Notes under the pieces: generated by a model | Seen by the model: the letters and a program-made list of their open reading frames with translations, nothing else | Told to the model about the DNA's origin: nothing | Databases searched by the model: none | DNA from: an uncultured Fibrobacteria bacterium | GTDB lineage: Bacteria; Fibrobacterota; Fibrobacteria; UBA11236 | Assembly: GCA_963716395.1 (NCBI GenBank) | Contig: OY970309.1 | Coordinates: forward strand, 2,016,001-2,080,000 | Direction of reading: 5' to 3' | DNA length: 64,000 nucleotides | Program-made: the position numbers and the translations under genes | Shown here: piece after piece, positions 53,572-63,618 of the stretch | Layout: every line of letters begins with the position of its first letter | Position numbering within the stretch: position 1 is the first letter of the stretch

Positions 53572-53808
53572 ATGACCATTGCAAAACTGTTTATGAACGG
53601 AAGAAGCCAGGCCATCCGGTTGCCCAAGGAATTCCGGTTTGAAAACGAGGAAGAAATCATGATTAAGCGCATGGGCGAAATAGTGTTGCTCATTCCCAAA
53701 AACAAATGGGAGGACATTCTCGTCCAGGCGTTGGAATCCTTTCCCCGCGACGTCGCCTTCGAGCGCCTCGACAACGACCCCGGCCGTGAGCGCGACATTG
53801 CGATATGA
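53572..53808 (+). CDS. vapB: VapB antitoxin (AbrB/MazE/SpoVT DNA-binding domain)
   Basis: AKLFMNGRSQAIRLPKEFRF; GGAGGG RBS; overlaps vapC. Confidence 0.9.
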   Translation: MTIAKLFMNGRSQAIRLPKEFRFENEEEIMIKRMGEIVLLIPKNKWEDILVQALESFPRDVAFERLDNDPGRERDIAI

Positions 53809-54206
53809 AATATCTCCTCGACACCGACATTTGCATTTACGTGCTCAAGCACCGATACCTGCGCTTGGTGGAAAAGCTGCGGCGGGTGGGCATTGAAAAT
53901 GTCGGCGTGACGACCATCACATTGGCCGAATTGGAATACGGTGTTGCCAACAGCCAAAAGCCGGCGGAAACCACGGCCCGGCTTTATGAATTCCTCGCGC
54001 CCTTCTCATTTCTTGATTTCGACGCGGATTCGGCGCGCCACTATGGCGGAATACGCAAGACACTGAAGGATCAAGGGCGGCCGATTGGCCCCATGGATAT
54101 TTTAATCGCCTCCGTGGCATTGGCCCATGACCGGGTGCTGGTCACCAACAATATCGGGGAATTCACGCGGGTGCCGGGCTTGAAAATCGAAAATTGGGCG
54201 GCTTGA
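53805..54206 (+). CDS. vapC: VapC PIN-domain toxin
   Basis: YLLDTDICI, ITLAELEYG, IGPMDILIA and LVTNNIGEFTRVPGLKIENW. Confidence 0.92.
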   Translation: MKYLLDTDICIYVLKHRYLRLVEKLRRVGIENVGVTTITLAELEYGVANSQKPAETTARLYEFLAPFSFLDFDADSARHYGGIRKTLKDQGRPIGPMDILIASVALAHDRVLVTNNIGEFTRVPGLKIENWAA

Positions 54207-54218
54207 AGGGGAACGGGC

Positions 54219-54395
54219 ATGCCCAATTTCATTTCCGAAGACGAGATCGAAAAGGCTTTGCTGACCAAGCTGAAACGCGATTTCGGATTTGAACTGCTCA
54301 ATTGCCATACCTCCGATGCCGAAGACCTCAACGACAAGTCGGGGCGCAAAAACAAAAGCGAGGTGGTTTTCGCGGAAAGGCAGGCGCTAAAATCA
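54219..54395 (+). pseudogene. hsdR: 5' fragment of a type I restriction endonuclease subunit R (HsdR)
   Basis: MPNFISEDEIEKALL..L....G.ELLNC......LNDKSGR..KSEVV is a typical HsdR N-terminus; similarity ends after ~55 codons. Confidence 0.6.
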
Positions 54396-54405
54396 ACCTG
54401 TACTC

Positions 54406-55099
54406 TCAATTCCCTTTCCAATGCACGTGATAAAGGTCATGCCGCCTGTCCTTCAGGTTGCGCACCGTGCCGTTGAAGCGGGCCGTGATCAAGGTTTCGG
54501 GCCGGATATCGGCGATGGCCACCGTTTCCACGTTCGGCGTGGTATCGGCCGCGATACCGTCGCGGGCGAAGGGAAAGTCGCACGGCGTCAGGATGCAGCT
54601 TTGGGCATATTGAATGTCCATGTTCGCCACATTGGGAAGATTGCCGACATTCCCCGACATCACCACATAGATTTGGTTTTCCACCGCCCGGGCCTGGCAG
54701 CAATAACGCACCCGCAAATAGCTTTGTCGCTCGTCGGTGCAAAAGGGCACGAAGAGAATGAGGATGCCTTCATCCGTCAGATGCCGCACCAATTCCGGGA
54801 ACTCGGAGTCGTAGCAAACCAACACCCCGATGGGTCCGCAATCGGTTTGAATGGCGTTCAGGAAATTGCCGCCTTCGACATTCCACCAAAAAGCCTCGCT
54901 TATCGGCGATGGCGATGACGAATTGCCCGGCGGGGAAATGGTTGATTTGGCCGATGACGGCTCCGATTTCATAGCCTTTCATTCCGCTATCCGCGTAAGC
55001 CTTGGTGGTCAAATCACAAATAGCCTGGGCATCGGCCATCACTGCGTTGCGGACAATGATCTTGTCTTTGGAATTCGCGAAGCGGAAAGAGGAAGTCAT
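54406..55099 (-). pseudogene. Internally deleted GNAT + carbon-nitrogen hydrolase gene
   Basis: N-terminal GNAT start (IIVRNA..D..AI..L..KAY..GQINHFPAGQFV) joined out of frame to a nitrilase C-terminal part (IGVLVCYDSEFPE, RVRYCCQARAVENQ, DTTPNVET). Confidence 0.7.
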
Positions 55100-55273
55100 A
55101 GAGGGAATCCCGGCTTAAAGGAAAAGTCGCCGAATCTAAAACGTTCGGAAAGACCAAAAATAAGTCAACGGGCATGCGCGCCAACGTGGGTTTTCGTCTC
55201 CGCTCCCGGTAATGACGAAGTGAACGCGATCCGGAGCGAAGGCTGCGGCGGATTGCTCGGACGAAGGTGGATT

Positions 55274-57225
55274 TCAGGGCAAAGGAGAAGTCATCCGATG
55301 GCCGTGAAGGTCCATCCACTCTAGGTTTCCGTTGTCGTCGAAGCGCGGAAATTCGAGGGCGCCCCGCTTGAGAAAGAAGCGCGCCAAGGGTTGCGCGCGT
55401 GGTCGACGCTCTCCCGCGATGACGGCCCCCGCCACGCCGAAGGCGTTCTGAATCACGAAGGGTCGGGTCTCGCGACTGGCCAGGGTAACCTGGAAAGAAC
55501 GTGGCCCGCTTCCCGCGACGGGGATTTGGGACAACACGGTATCGGCGAGAGCGTCCAGCAGCGAAAATGTTCCTGGAGGCAATCCGGATACCGACACGGT
55601 AGATGTGGTCTTTACCGAGTCGGTATTGGTCACCACCACCACCAGGGAGCTGTCTTGATCCACGAAGCCCCAGGCCTTCGCCCGGCCGGAGGCGCGGAGG
55701 GGTGAAACCTTGGCGGCGGAATCGGCGTCAGGATGGGGGCGTAACTTCAGGAGTTTGCCGCGTTCCGCGCTGGTCAGAAGGGCCGTGGGGGGGACAATCC
55801 AACAGGTGGGGATGGCGTTGGATTTTAAGCTGTCCAAAGCGGCGTCGGTCACGAAGTACCCGAAAGGAGCATGCATCCAGGCGGTGTCAACCGCCGCGGG
55901 AAGGTTCAAGATGCCGCCCTGGTTTTCGACGGCGCGGAGCATGGTGTCGGAGTAAAAGAAGCCGGGGCCGTATACCCGTTTCGGAATGTGCGCCCAGAGG
56001 CGGCGTGACTCCGGGTCGGGCGCTGTCGACCTCGTCGTTGTAACCGTACTGGAACGCTTGGGCGGCGCGCCGGACATTGCCGTTGCGGCCGGCGACATGG
56101 GCGAAGCCGACCAGGAACCATTCCGTGTTGTATTCCGAGGCGGTGTCGCGCAGCGGAATGTTCGCCAAGGTCAGCCCGGAGGTGAAGTAATCGTCCACGA
56201 TGTTCAGCTTCGCGCCCAAGGGCATGGAGGGTTCCCAGGCGCAGTAGGTGCCGAAGATTCCGATGAGGGATCCCGGACTGTAAATGGGGCGCAGGTTGTC
56301 GCATTGCATCTCGATCCCGAAATACCAATCGCTGGGGATTGGGCAGCAGCTTGAAGTAGCGCCGGAAATCGACGCCCATCCATCGTCGCTGCGGGACGTT
56401 CCAAGCGCATTGGGCCTGGATCGAGCGGCTCCTGTCCGGTGTAGAGCTTGATCCGGAGGGCCGTCTTGGGAGTAGAAGTGGGCCCAGGAATCGTCCCAGA
56501 AGTCGGCCCATCGGGAGGCGAGGTTCTGGTTGATGTAGGCGGCCTGTGCGGCGACGGTAGCTTCCCGGAACGGTGATTCCGGTGGAGTCTTCGAAAGCCC
56601 GGATGACGCGGGGACTGAAGTCGATCTGGTTCGCCATATATCCCGGCATTCCATCCACGTAGTCGGCGGCGGCGAGACCCACCATGTGGGTGGCCTGGCA
56701 CAACCGCGCTACGCGCTCGGCGGCCCAGTCGCCCCAGACGCAGGTTGGCATCCCCTCGGGGCAGTCGGCGGCGGGCATGGGTTGGGCCGGCGAGATCCAG
56801 CCATAGTCGGAACTCGATCCCAGCGGGGCGACGTACTGTCCGGAGGCGTTCACCGGGGTCAGGCTGTCGTGGGCGTATTCCCAATAGGTGTAGGCGATCC
56901 AGGCGGGATCGGTGTTCAAAATGGCGACGCTGGCAGGCAACGTGGTGTCGCCCCAGCGGTTGGAGCCCGCCCAGGAAACCGCGCTCATCACGGGGGCTAC
57001 GCCTTGGGAGGCCAACTTATCGGCGCTCGCCCGCATGTCGGAAAACTGGGAACTGTCGGCTTTGTCCCAGAAGAGTTGCTTACCCCACTGGGCGTTACCC
57101 ATGCCCCAGGGAATGTCGTAAATCTGGCTTTCGTTCGGAGGCTGGTCGGGGTTTGGAGCCGCAGCTTGGAGGGAGGCGGACAATGCCGTTATGGGAATTA
57201 TGCATCGCAGCAGGCGTTTGATCAC
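55274..57225 (-). pseudogene. Secreted hypothetical protein (possible glycoside-hydrolase-like), split by several frameshifts
   Basis: GGAG RBS, GTG 57225 and signal peptide KRLLRCIIPITALSASLQA; protein-like segments continue across ORFs 55906-57570, 55887-56654 and 55274-56098. Confidence 0.5.
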
Positions 57226-57315
57226 GATGGCTCCATGGTGCGGGGATGAACGCCCCTGAATCCGCATTTTACCAAAAGCGGTGAAGGAGGGTACAGAATT
57301 ACCGCTGCCGGCCCT

Positions 57316-57400
57316 CTCGGCCGGTGCGCTTGGTTCCCGAGCGTGTCGAGGGTTGTCGAACCGGTCGAACCGGACGAAGGGCATTAGTTTGCGGCGGATT
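57316..57400. repeat. Dispersed palindromic (REP-like) repeat, copy 3
   Basis: CTCGGCCGGTGCGCTTGGTTCCCGAGC..GTCGAGGG..GTCGAACCGGTCGAA, closest to copy 1. Confidence 0.65.
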
Positions 57401-57462
57401 GAGATAATTCTGCGCGCTTTCGCCGACCCGGAACATTTTCCCTGCGGTAGATTATCCCCAAG

Positions 57463-58920
57463 ATGATTCAGAACCACAGACTTCAACGCTTTTCCTGGAG
57501 GCGATGGCCGCAAGTCGCCGCGTTGATTTGCGCCTGCGCCCTCCCCATCCGGGCCGCGGATAGTTTGCAATGCCTTCCCCTTTCCATTTCCACGAATTAC
57601 AAGTTCTCCGAGCCGATTTTATTCCGCGAATTGCCGACGGAACGAGGGACTTTTTTGGTGGGTGAACTCGGTGGGGATGTTTATTCGCTGACGCCCTCGG
57701 CCGGGAGCTATGTACTGGATTTGTTCGGCCACGTACCTGTGAGTCACGTCTATTCCACCTACGGCCTTCTGGGGCTGGCTTTCCACCCCGATTTCAAGAA
57801 CAACCACAAGTATTACGTGTATTACATGCAGGCCGCCGGGTTGGCGGTTTTGGAAGAGCGAACGACAGACTCCACCTATAAGAAGGACGCCGGAACCGCG
57901 CGGACTCTTTTCACGGTTTCCCTCGCGAATACTTCCGGGCATTTCGGCGGCGACCTGCACTTCGGTCAAGACGGCTATCTCTATCTCGGATTGGGGGACG
58001 ACGGGAGTCCCAACGTGTACAGCGGAAACGCCCAAAGCTTGCAAGTATTGCTGGGAAAAATGCTGCGTATCGATGTTGACAATAAGCAAGGCAACCTGGA
58101 ATACGCCATCCCTTCCGACAATCCCTTTTACGGTGATCCCGATACGACGGTGCGCCAGGAAATTTTCGCTTATGGTTTGAGAAATCCGTGGCGATGGAGC
58201 TTCGACCCCTTGAATGGAAAGTTAATGGCGGGCGACGTCGGGGGGTATGTTCAAGAAGAAGTCGATATCGTGCAAAATGGACGGAATTACGGTTGGAATA
58301 TCATGGAGGGAAATACCTGCCTCAACCTGAATGATGAATTAACTCCCCTTGCTACCTGCGATACCACCGGCCTGACGCCGCCCATCGCCACCGTGGACCA
58401 TGTCCCCATCGCCGCCCCCCAATGGATCTCCACCATTATCGGCGGATACGTTTATCGCGGAAACCCGGCTTCGCGATTTTACGGCACTTACTTTTTCGGA
58501 GATCACGTTTACGTCAAGCTATATGCGCTAAGCGGAGGCGTGGTTTCCGAAGTCGGCAAGGCGCCCACCGCGATGTCGGCTTTTGGCACCGATTCCGCGG
58601 GCAATATTTACATGGTCGGCTACGGCAACGGAATCATTTATAAACTGGAAAACCCGGATTTCCAAACCTCCGTCCGACAATCCCAACCCGCTCTCCAGTC
58701 CCGGGTATTAAGCCGCATCGGCGGGAAGTGGTGGTTCAATTCGGACACATTTCCCGGGTTGGAGGAATTCCATGTCGTGGACATGCAAGGGAAAGACCGC
58801 CTTTTTTTAAACCGCGAAAAATTGTCCCAGGGCTATGCTGCGGATCTTCCCGCCGGCATCTACGCGATTATGGGCCAAGAAAAAGGCCGACGCCAATCCT
58901 TCCTCATTTTGCTGCAATAA
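57463..58920 (+). CDS. PQQ-dependent glucose/sorbosone dehydrogenase family protein with a T9SS-type tail
   Basis: GLLGLAFHPDF, HFGGDLHFGQDGYLYLGLGD, LLGKMLRIDVD, YGLRNPWRWSFD, NYGW and IIGGYVYRG; C-terminal LPAGIY. Confidence 0.88.
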   Translation: MIQNHRLQRFSWRRWPQVAALICACALPIRAADSLQCLPLSISTNYKFSEPILFRELPTERGTFLVGELGGDVYSLTPSAGSYVLDLFGHVPVSHVYSTYGLLGLAFHPDFKNNHKYYVYYMQAAGLAVLEERTTDSTYKKDAGTARTLFTVSLANTSGHFGGDLHFGQDGYLYLGLGDDGSPNVYSGNAQSLQVLLGKMLRIDVDNKQGNLEYAIPSDNPFYGDPDTTVRQEIFAYGLRNPWRWSFDPLNGKLMAGDVGGYVQEEVDIVQNGRNYGWNIMEGNTCLNLNDELTPLATCDTTGLTPPIATVDHVPIAAPQWISTIIGGYVYRGNPASRFYGTYFFGDHVYVKLYALSGGVVSEVGKAPTAMSAFGTDSAGNIYMVGYGNGIIYKLENPDFQTSVRQSQPALQSRVLSRIGGKWWFNSDTFPGLEEFHVVDMQGKDRLFLNREKLSQGYAADLPAGIYAIMGQEKGRRQSFLILLQ

Positions 58921-59261
58921 AAGTTGAGTTACCGGCCTGGGTCGGAAGCGCGGGATATCGAATTTCATTGGCAAATCCAAACCCATTTTCAACCGGCAAA
59001 CCACTTGCTCGGCCCAATCTATCCTGCCCGCCTCTTTGAAGTTGAAGACCCCCCGACGCGACGGGCGTCAGGGTTTGCTTGACTTCCATCCCCCGCGGGC
59101 ACGGCAAAAGTTTTTCATCACAACACAATTGTTGCGGTCGACGAAGCCGAAACCTTTGCTGACGCCGATGGGCATGGAGGTAGCATGCGCGTTCACCACG
59201 CCGGGCTTGTTTCGGGGCAAGATAAAAAGAGGTTACTTCGTCGAGTTCAACCGCGCCCATT

Positions 59262-59422
59262 CGGCTGGGTGAGCTAGTCGCAACGGTCGAAGGGCATCAG
59301 CCGTGCCCACTCGGCCGGTGGGCCTGTCGAACCGGTCGAAGCGGTTCGATCCGCGGCAGATTGAAACGGCACTATGTGAGATCGCTTTTAGTTTTTCCGC
59401 GCCGAGTGACTTCGGCGCAGGC
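59262..59422. repeat. Dispersed palindromic repeat, copy 4 (extended)
   Basis: Has the core CGGCCGGTGGGCCTGTCGAACCGGTCGAA and a ~65-bp tail (GATTGAAACGG..GAGATCGCTTTTA..TTTCCGCGCCGAGTGACTTCGG.GCAGGC) shared with 61998-62062. Confidence 0.7.
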
Positions 59423-59806
59423 ACGGATTGGCCGGAGTATCCGGACTAGTCGGCATGTTGGGTCACCGGCACGCTATCCTGCGGCGGAAGGATGCGGTGT
59501 GTCTTGGGTTGAATCGGATGGAGATGCTGCGAGTGGAAAATGGAATGCGGGCGGGGGAAAACGGCGTGTGGGGCTGGAATCGAGGGGATTTGGACGGGAA
59601 GACTGGGGCTGGGGAAGGTGGCCACGGATGGAAAACAAGGTTCGATTTATCTGCGCTAATTGTTCGCCACGGGGACGAAACAATATGGAATTCTCCCATT
59701 AGGCGGAAAGAATAACTTCCCAGAAATGGCCGGGCTAAGGAGAAGGGGATGGCGTCCTTTCGATCGGAATTGATACAATAACCCCGCGCTGGGGCGTGGG
59801 GGAAAG

Positions 59807-61055
59807 TTGACGCGAACGAATCAACGTCGGAAGAAGGAAGAGGACGCTTCCGAGGTTCGGCCAGCGATCTCCCCTCCGATGACGGAATGGGATCGTGAAT
59901 TTCTGTTGGGAATACTCGACAACATTCCCGATTCCATTTTCGTAAAAGACGCCGAAGGCCGATATCTCATCAGCAATCGCGCCCATCTCCGACCTTTGGG
60001 AAAAAAGAACTGCGCAGAAATAATCGGTAAAACGGTGTACGAGCTTTTCCCAAAACTCTTCGCCCAGGGTTTCGATCGCGACGACAAAGAGGTCATGCAA
60101 TCCGGTGAAAGCCTATTGGGCCGGGAAGAACTCCTGTTGGACAAATCGGGCCGGCAGCGATGGATGTCGACCAGCAAAATTCCCATCAAAAACATCCGGG
60201 GCAAGATCTTGCGCATGGTGGGAATCAGCCGCGACATTACCGAAATCAAGCGTTACGAGGAATCCCTTCACCAAGCCAACGAACGCATGGAAAGGGAATT
60301 GGCCGCCGCGCGCCGAGTGCAGATTGGATTGATACCCACCAATACCCCGGACATCCCCGGCATTCGATTGCACGGTTTTTACCAACCGGCCTTGGAAGTG
60401 GGAGGAGACTACCTCGATTATTTCCCCACGCCCGATGGAAGATGGGTGCTTGTCATCGCCGACGTATGCGGCAAAGGCGTGGCGGCGGCCTTGCACATGG
60501 CCATGTTGCGAGGGGCGTTTCGGGGCGAAGCCGTTGTATCCAATGGGGCGAAGGACCTGTTGGATCGGGTCAATCGGATTTTGGGACCTATTTTGAGTCC
60601 CACCACCTTCATCACCGCCTTGTGTTTGGTGGTGGAACCCGATGGACGCCGAATGCGGTACGCCCGGGCCGGACACCCTCCCATGCTGGAGATCCCCCGT
60701 GGCGCGCGTCCTGAAAATATTGTCTTGTCAGGGCGCCGCGATGGGCCTTTTCCCCACGGCTTCCGAATTCAAGGCGCAACTTCAGGAAATGGAAATGGAG
60801 TTGCGGCCGGGGAATCGGTACTTCTTATTCACGGATGGTTTGATTGAAACCCTTAACCGGAAAAAAGAAACCTTTGGAATGCAGCGGCTGTCATCGGTAT
60901 TGGCGCGCGGATTCCGCCAGGGTCCGGATGAAATCATTCGTCGGGTGGTGTCCGAAGCCCGTCGTTTCCGTGATGCGGCCCCCATTTCCGACGATCTCAC
61001 CTTATTGGCCTTGGAATCGTTGGCCCGACCCAACGCAAAGACAGCTTCACGGTAA
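59807..61055 (+). pseudogene. PAS + SpoIIE/PP2C phosphatase (RsbU-like), one frameshift near 60730
   Basis: PAS (LDNIPDSIFVKD..GISRDITE), EVGGDYLD, IADVCGKG and ARAGHPP, then in another frame LFTDGLIE..DDLTLL. Confidence 0.75.
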
Positions 61056-61306
61056 TCCACGCCTCTTACCGATCGGGGAGGCTGCGTCCGGATATCAGGC
61101 CGAACCGCGGTTGGGCATGGGAACTCAGTCCGGGAAACTCGAAGGTAACCGTACCCCTGGTGTTATGAATCCATACTTCACCCGCAAAGCGGTTCGTCCG
61201 GGACTTTCCCCGAAGAAGATTTTGGACGGAATTGAATTGAATGCCGGAAGAGGCTCCGAGTCGCAACCTGCCGGCCACTTTCAATTGCACGGCGAACAAA
61301 CCGCCG

Positions 61307-61882
61307 TCATAGCTTCACCAGGCGCTCTTCATACGGATCGCCGATGCGGCGCGAAGCTTCCTCGGGTCCCAACCCCTGGTTTGGTAGCGGCTGATGGTGG
61401 AACGGATATTGTCGACGGAGAAACGCGCGTCGGTTTCCAGCCCTTCGCTTTGGATCAACTTTTTGAGATACCGTTTTTGATCGTCGACATCGTAAATGGT
61501 GAAATGCGAGGAGTAGCCTGGGCGCCCGGCGTGGAAGCGGAGCAGGCGGGCGCAAATGGAGTGAAAGGTTCCCATCCACCGCAACGGAGCTTCGTATCCC
61601 AGCAGTTTGTCCACGCGCTTGCGCATTTCCCGCGCGGCCTTGTTGGTAAAGGTCACGGCGAGGATTTCATGGGCGTGGTAGCGGTGCTCTTTGATGAGAT
61701 AGGCGATTTTATAGGTGAGTACCCGGGTCTTGCCGCTACCGGCCCCCGCCAGAATTAGTTGCGGGCTGGGCGTGTGCAGCACGGCTTCGAGCTGTTCGGG
61801 GTTGAGAAGTTGGCGCAGGGGCTTCGGCGTTTAATTCCGGGACGGTGGCATAACGCGCTTCAAGACCTTCCACCAAGGGCAA
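61307..61882 (-). pseudogene. uvrD: Second, truncated and diverged 5' copy of uvrD
   Basis: QLILAGAGSGKTRVLTYKIA..TFTNKAAREM..GTFHSICARLLR; DNA 61305-61935 aligns by eye with ~35290-35925 including the upstream region; stops after ~190 codons, with indels. Confidence 0.85.
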
Positions 61883-61944
61883 GATAAAAGAGATGCCGTC
61901 CGTCGAAAGCGCAGAGCGCGCTGCATTCGGCTGGTTCAGCCGCG

Positions 61945-62065
61945 GACATCCGGCCGGGTGAGGCTAGTCGCATCGGTCGAAGGACGCCAGCCGCGGCGGA
62001 TTGAAACGGAACTATATGAGATCGCTTTTAACGTTTCCGCGCCGAGTGACTTCGGTGCAGGCGCT
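61945..62065. repeat. Dispersed palindromic repeat, copy 5 (extended)
   Basis: CGGCCGGGTGAGGCTAGTCGCATCGGTCGAAGG..CCGCGGCGGATTGAAACGG.., matching 59262-59422. Confidence 0.7.
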
Positions 62066-62262
62066 GGGTGCGTCACAGGGCCGCGGAGTGTGGCATTTGA
62101 TCCTTTGAGCACACCGAAAATCACCTCCGAGAAGATGGGGGGACTCGGATGCGGAAAACCACTAATCCAAGCCTATCAACGCGAGGGTGGAAGATGAGGA
62201 AACAGCAAGGAATTTCAGATGGAATAGAGATCCTCGATTTGCCGAAACGCAAGTAAGTAGGA

Positions 62263-63618
62263 TCAGTTCCCCTTAATGATTTTTTCCTCCCCACTTTCAT
62301 GTCCATCAATGCTTGCCCGGCAGAGATAAACACCGGCACTCGCGCGTTTCGCGTTCCAAACGGCCGCGTGTGTGCCGGCGGGCATGATACCATTGACGAT
62401 CTCGGCGATTTCCCGGCCTTGCACATCGACGATACTCATGCGCACGCGACCGGCACTCTGCAAGGCATAACCGATAACCATCCCGCCGTTGGATAAAGCG
62501 TAATTGACCGTGAAAATGGATTTTGCTTTCGGATGGCCGGCATCATTCAAGGTCGGTGTCGTGTTACTGCCGTACCCTGCGGCGACAATATTTGTCTGCA
62601 CGGAGTCGTCAATCGAATCCGGTGGATTGCCGCTTACAATGGCACCTTCGAAAAAGGTTCCGTCGCCGCCGGAACTGCCGTCACCGCCCGTTCCCAGTTC
62701 TATGCCGCCTTCCTTCCGCATGGGGCTGTAGCCGCCGGAGGGACGTGCTCCATCCCACTTCGTGCCCAGGGAACCGGACTGCGCGTCGCCGCCCTTGAGC
62801 GTGAAATGATTCCCGGAAGGACCTTTGAGCATAGTCGTAACATAATTGGCCGTCACCGGCGTGTTACTTTGCACCGTACCGGTGCTTTGACTTCCGGCAT
62901 AGACGCCATTTTCCAGATCCGCCAGCACCCAGGGGCCATTGCCGGTGCCCTGGGACCAATTCGGGACATTTCCCCAGTTGATCGTCTCCATGGTGCCGGT
63001 GCCGTCGTCATTGCCGGAGGTCTCTACATTCCCGAAATCGAAGCAGCAGCGATTGTTGTAATACTTTCCATCCACCACCATGTACATCGCCTCCGCCTGG
63101 TCGCCGGTCGCCACTCCTTGGGTTTTGTCATTCCGATACGAGTTGCCTCCTCCCCCGCCGCCATCGGGAAGCACGTGGACACCATAAACCGTATGTCCGC
63201 CCAGGACGATCTTGGCGGCCGTCGCGTTCGTTCCCGTGCCTCCGTTCGGCAGATGCAGCACCGGCGGAGAAACCGGGAGATCATTGCCGTTCGGGGACTG
63301 ATCGTAGATCTTCGCGATGATTCCCGTCGTGGCGGTTAAGAACGAGTCCTGCGCGGCGGCATTGGCGACGCCGCCGGGAGTCAGAACACCGATATCTTTT
63401 GTTTGGTTGTCCGACTGGCGCTTTACCTGGTAAAGGGGGCCGCTATACGAACTGTAAAGGGCTCGTACGGTGCTGTACGCGCCAACGCACGGCGTTCCCC
63501 CGGCGGCATAAATATCGCACGGACCTTTCGCGGCATAGATTTTTTCCCGCGCCGCCCCAACGCCTAAAATGATCAAAAGCGCAACGCGGAAACAGTTCCG
63601 TAAGCCGAATCTTTGCAT
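62263..63618 (-). CDS. Alpha-L-arabinofuranosidase B (GH54) catalytic-domain protein with a T9SS/FlgD-like C-terminal domain
   Basis: GPCDIYAAGGTPCVGAYSTVRALY, YNNRCCFDFGNVE, GTMETI, ADLENG, MRKEGGIELGTGGD and GTFFEG; C-terminal DVQGREI..W....SAGVY. Confidence 0.9.
   Translation of the reverse strand: MQRFGLRNCFRVALLIILGVGAAREKIYAAKGPCDIYAAGGTPCVGAYSTVRALYSSYSGPLYQVKRQSDNQTKDIGVLTPGGVANAAAQDSFLTATTGIIAKIYDQSPNGNDLPVSPPVLHLPNGGTGTNATAAKIVLGGHTVYGVHVLPDGGGGGGNSYRNDKTQGVATGDQAEAMYMVVDGKYYNNRCCFDFGNVETSGNDDGTGTMETINWGNVPNWSQGTGNGPWVLADLENGVYAGSQSTGTVQSNTPVTANYVTTMLKGPSGNHFTLKGGDAQSGSLGTKWDGARPSGGYSPMRKEGGIELGTGGDGSSGGDGTFFEGAIVSGNPPDSIDDSVQTNIVAAGYGSNTTPTLNDAGHPKAKSIFTVNYALSNGGMVIGYALQSAGRVRMSIVDVQGREIAEIVNGIMPAGTHAAVWNAKRASAGVYLCRASIDGHESGEEKIIKGN

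Noticed and set aside
58930-59260. Possible gene fragment on the minus strand
   Set aside because: Short broken frames with no family I can recognise; not supportable.
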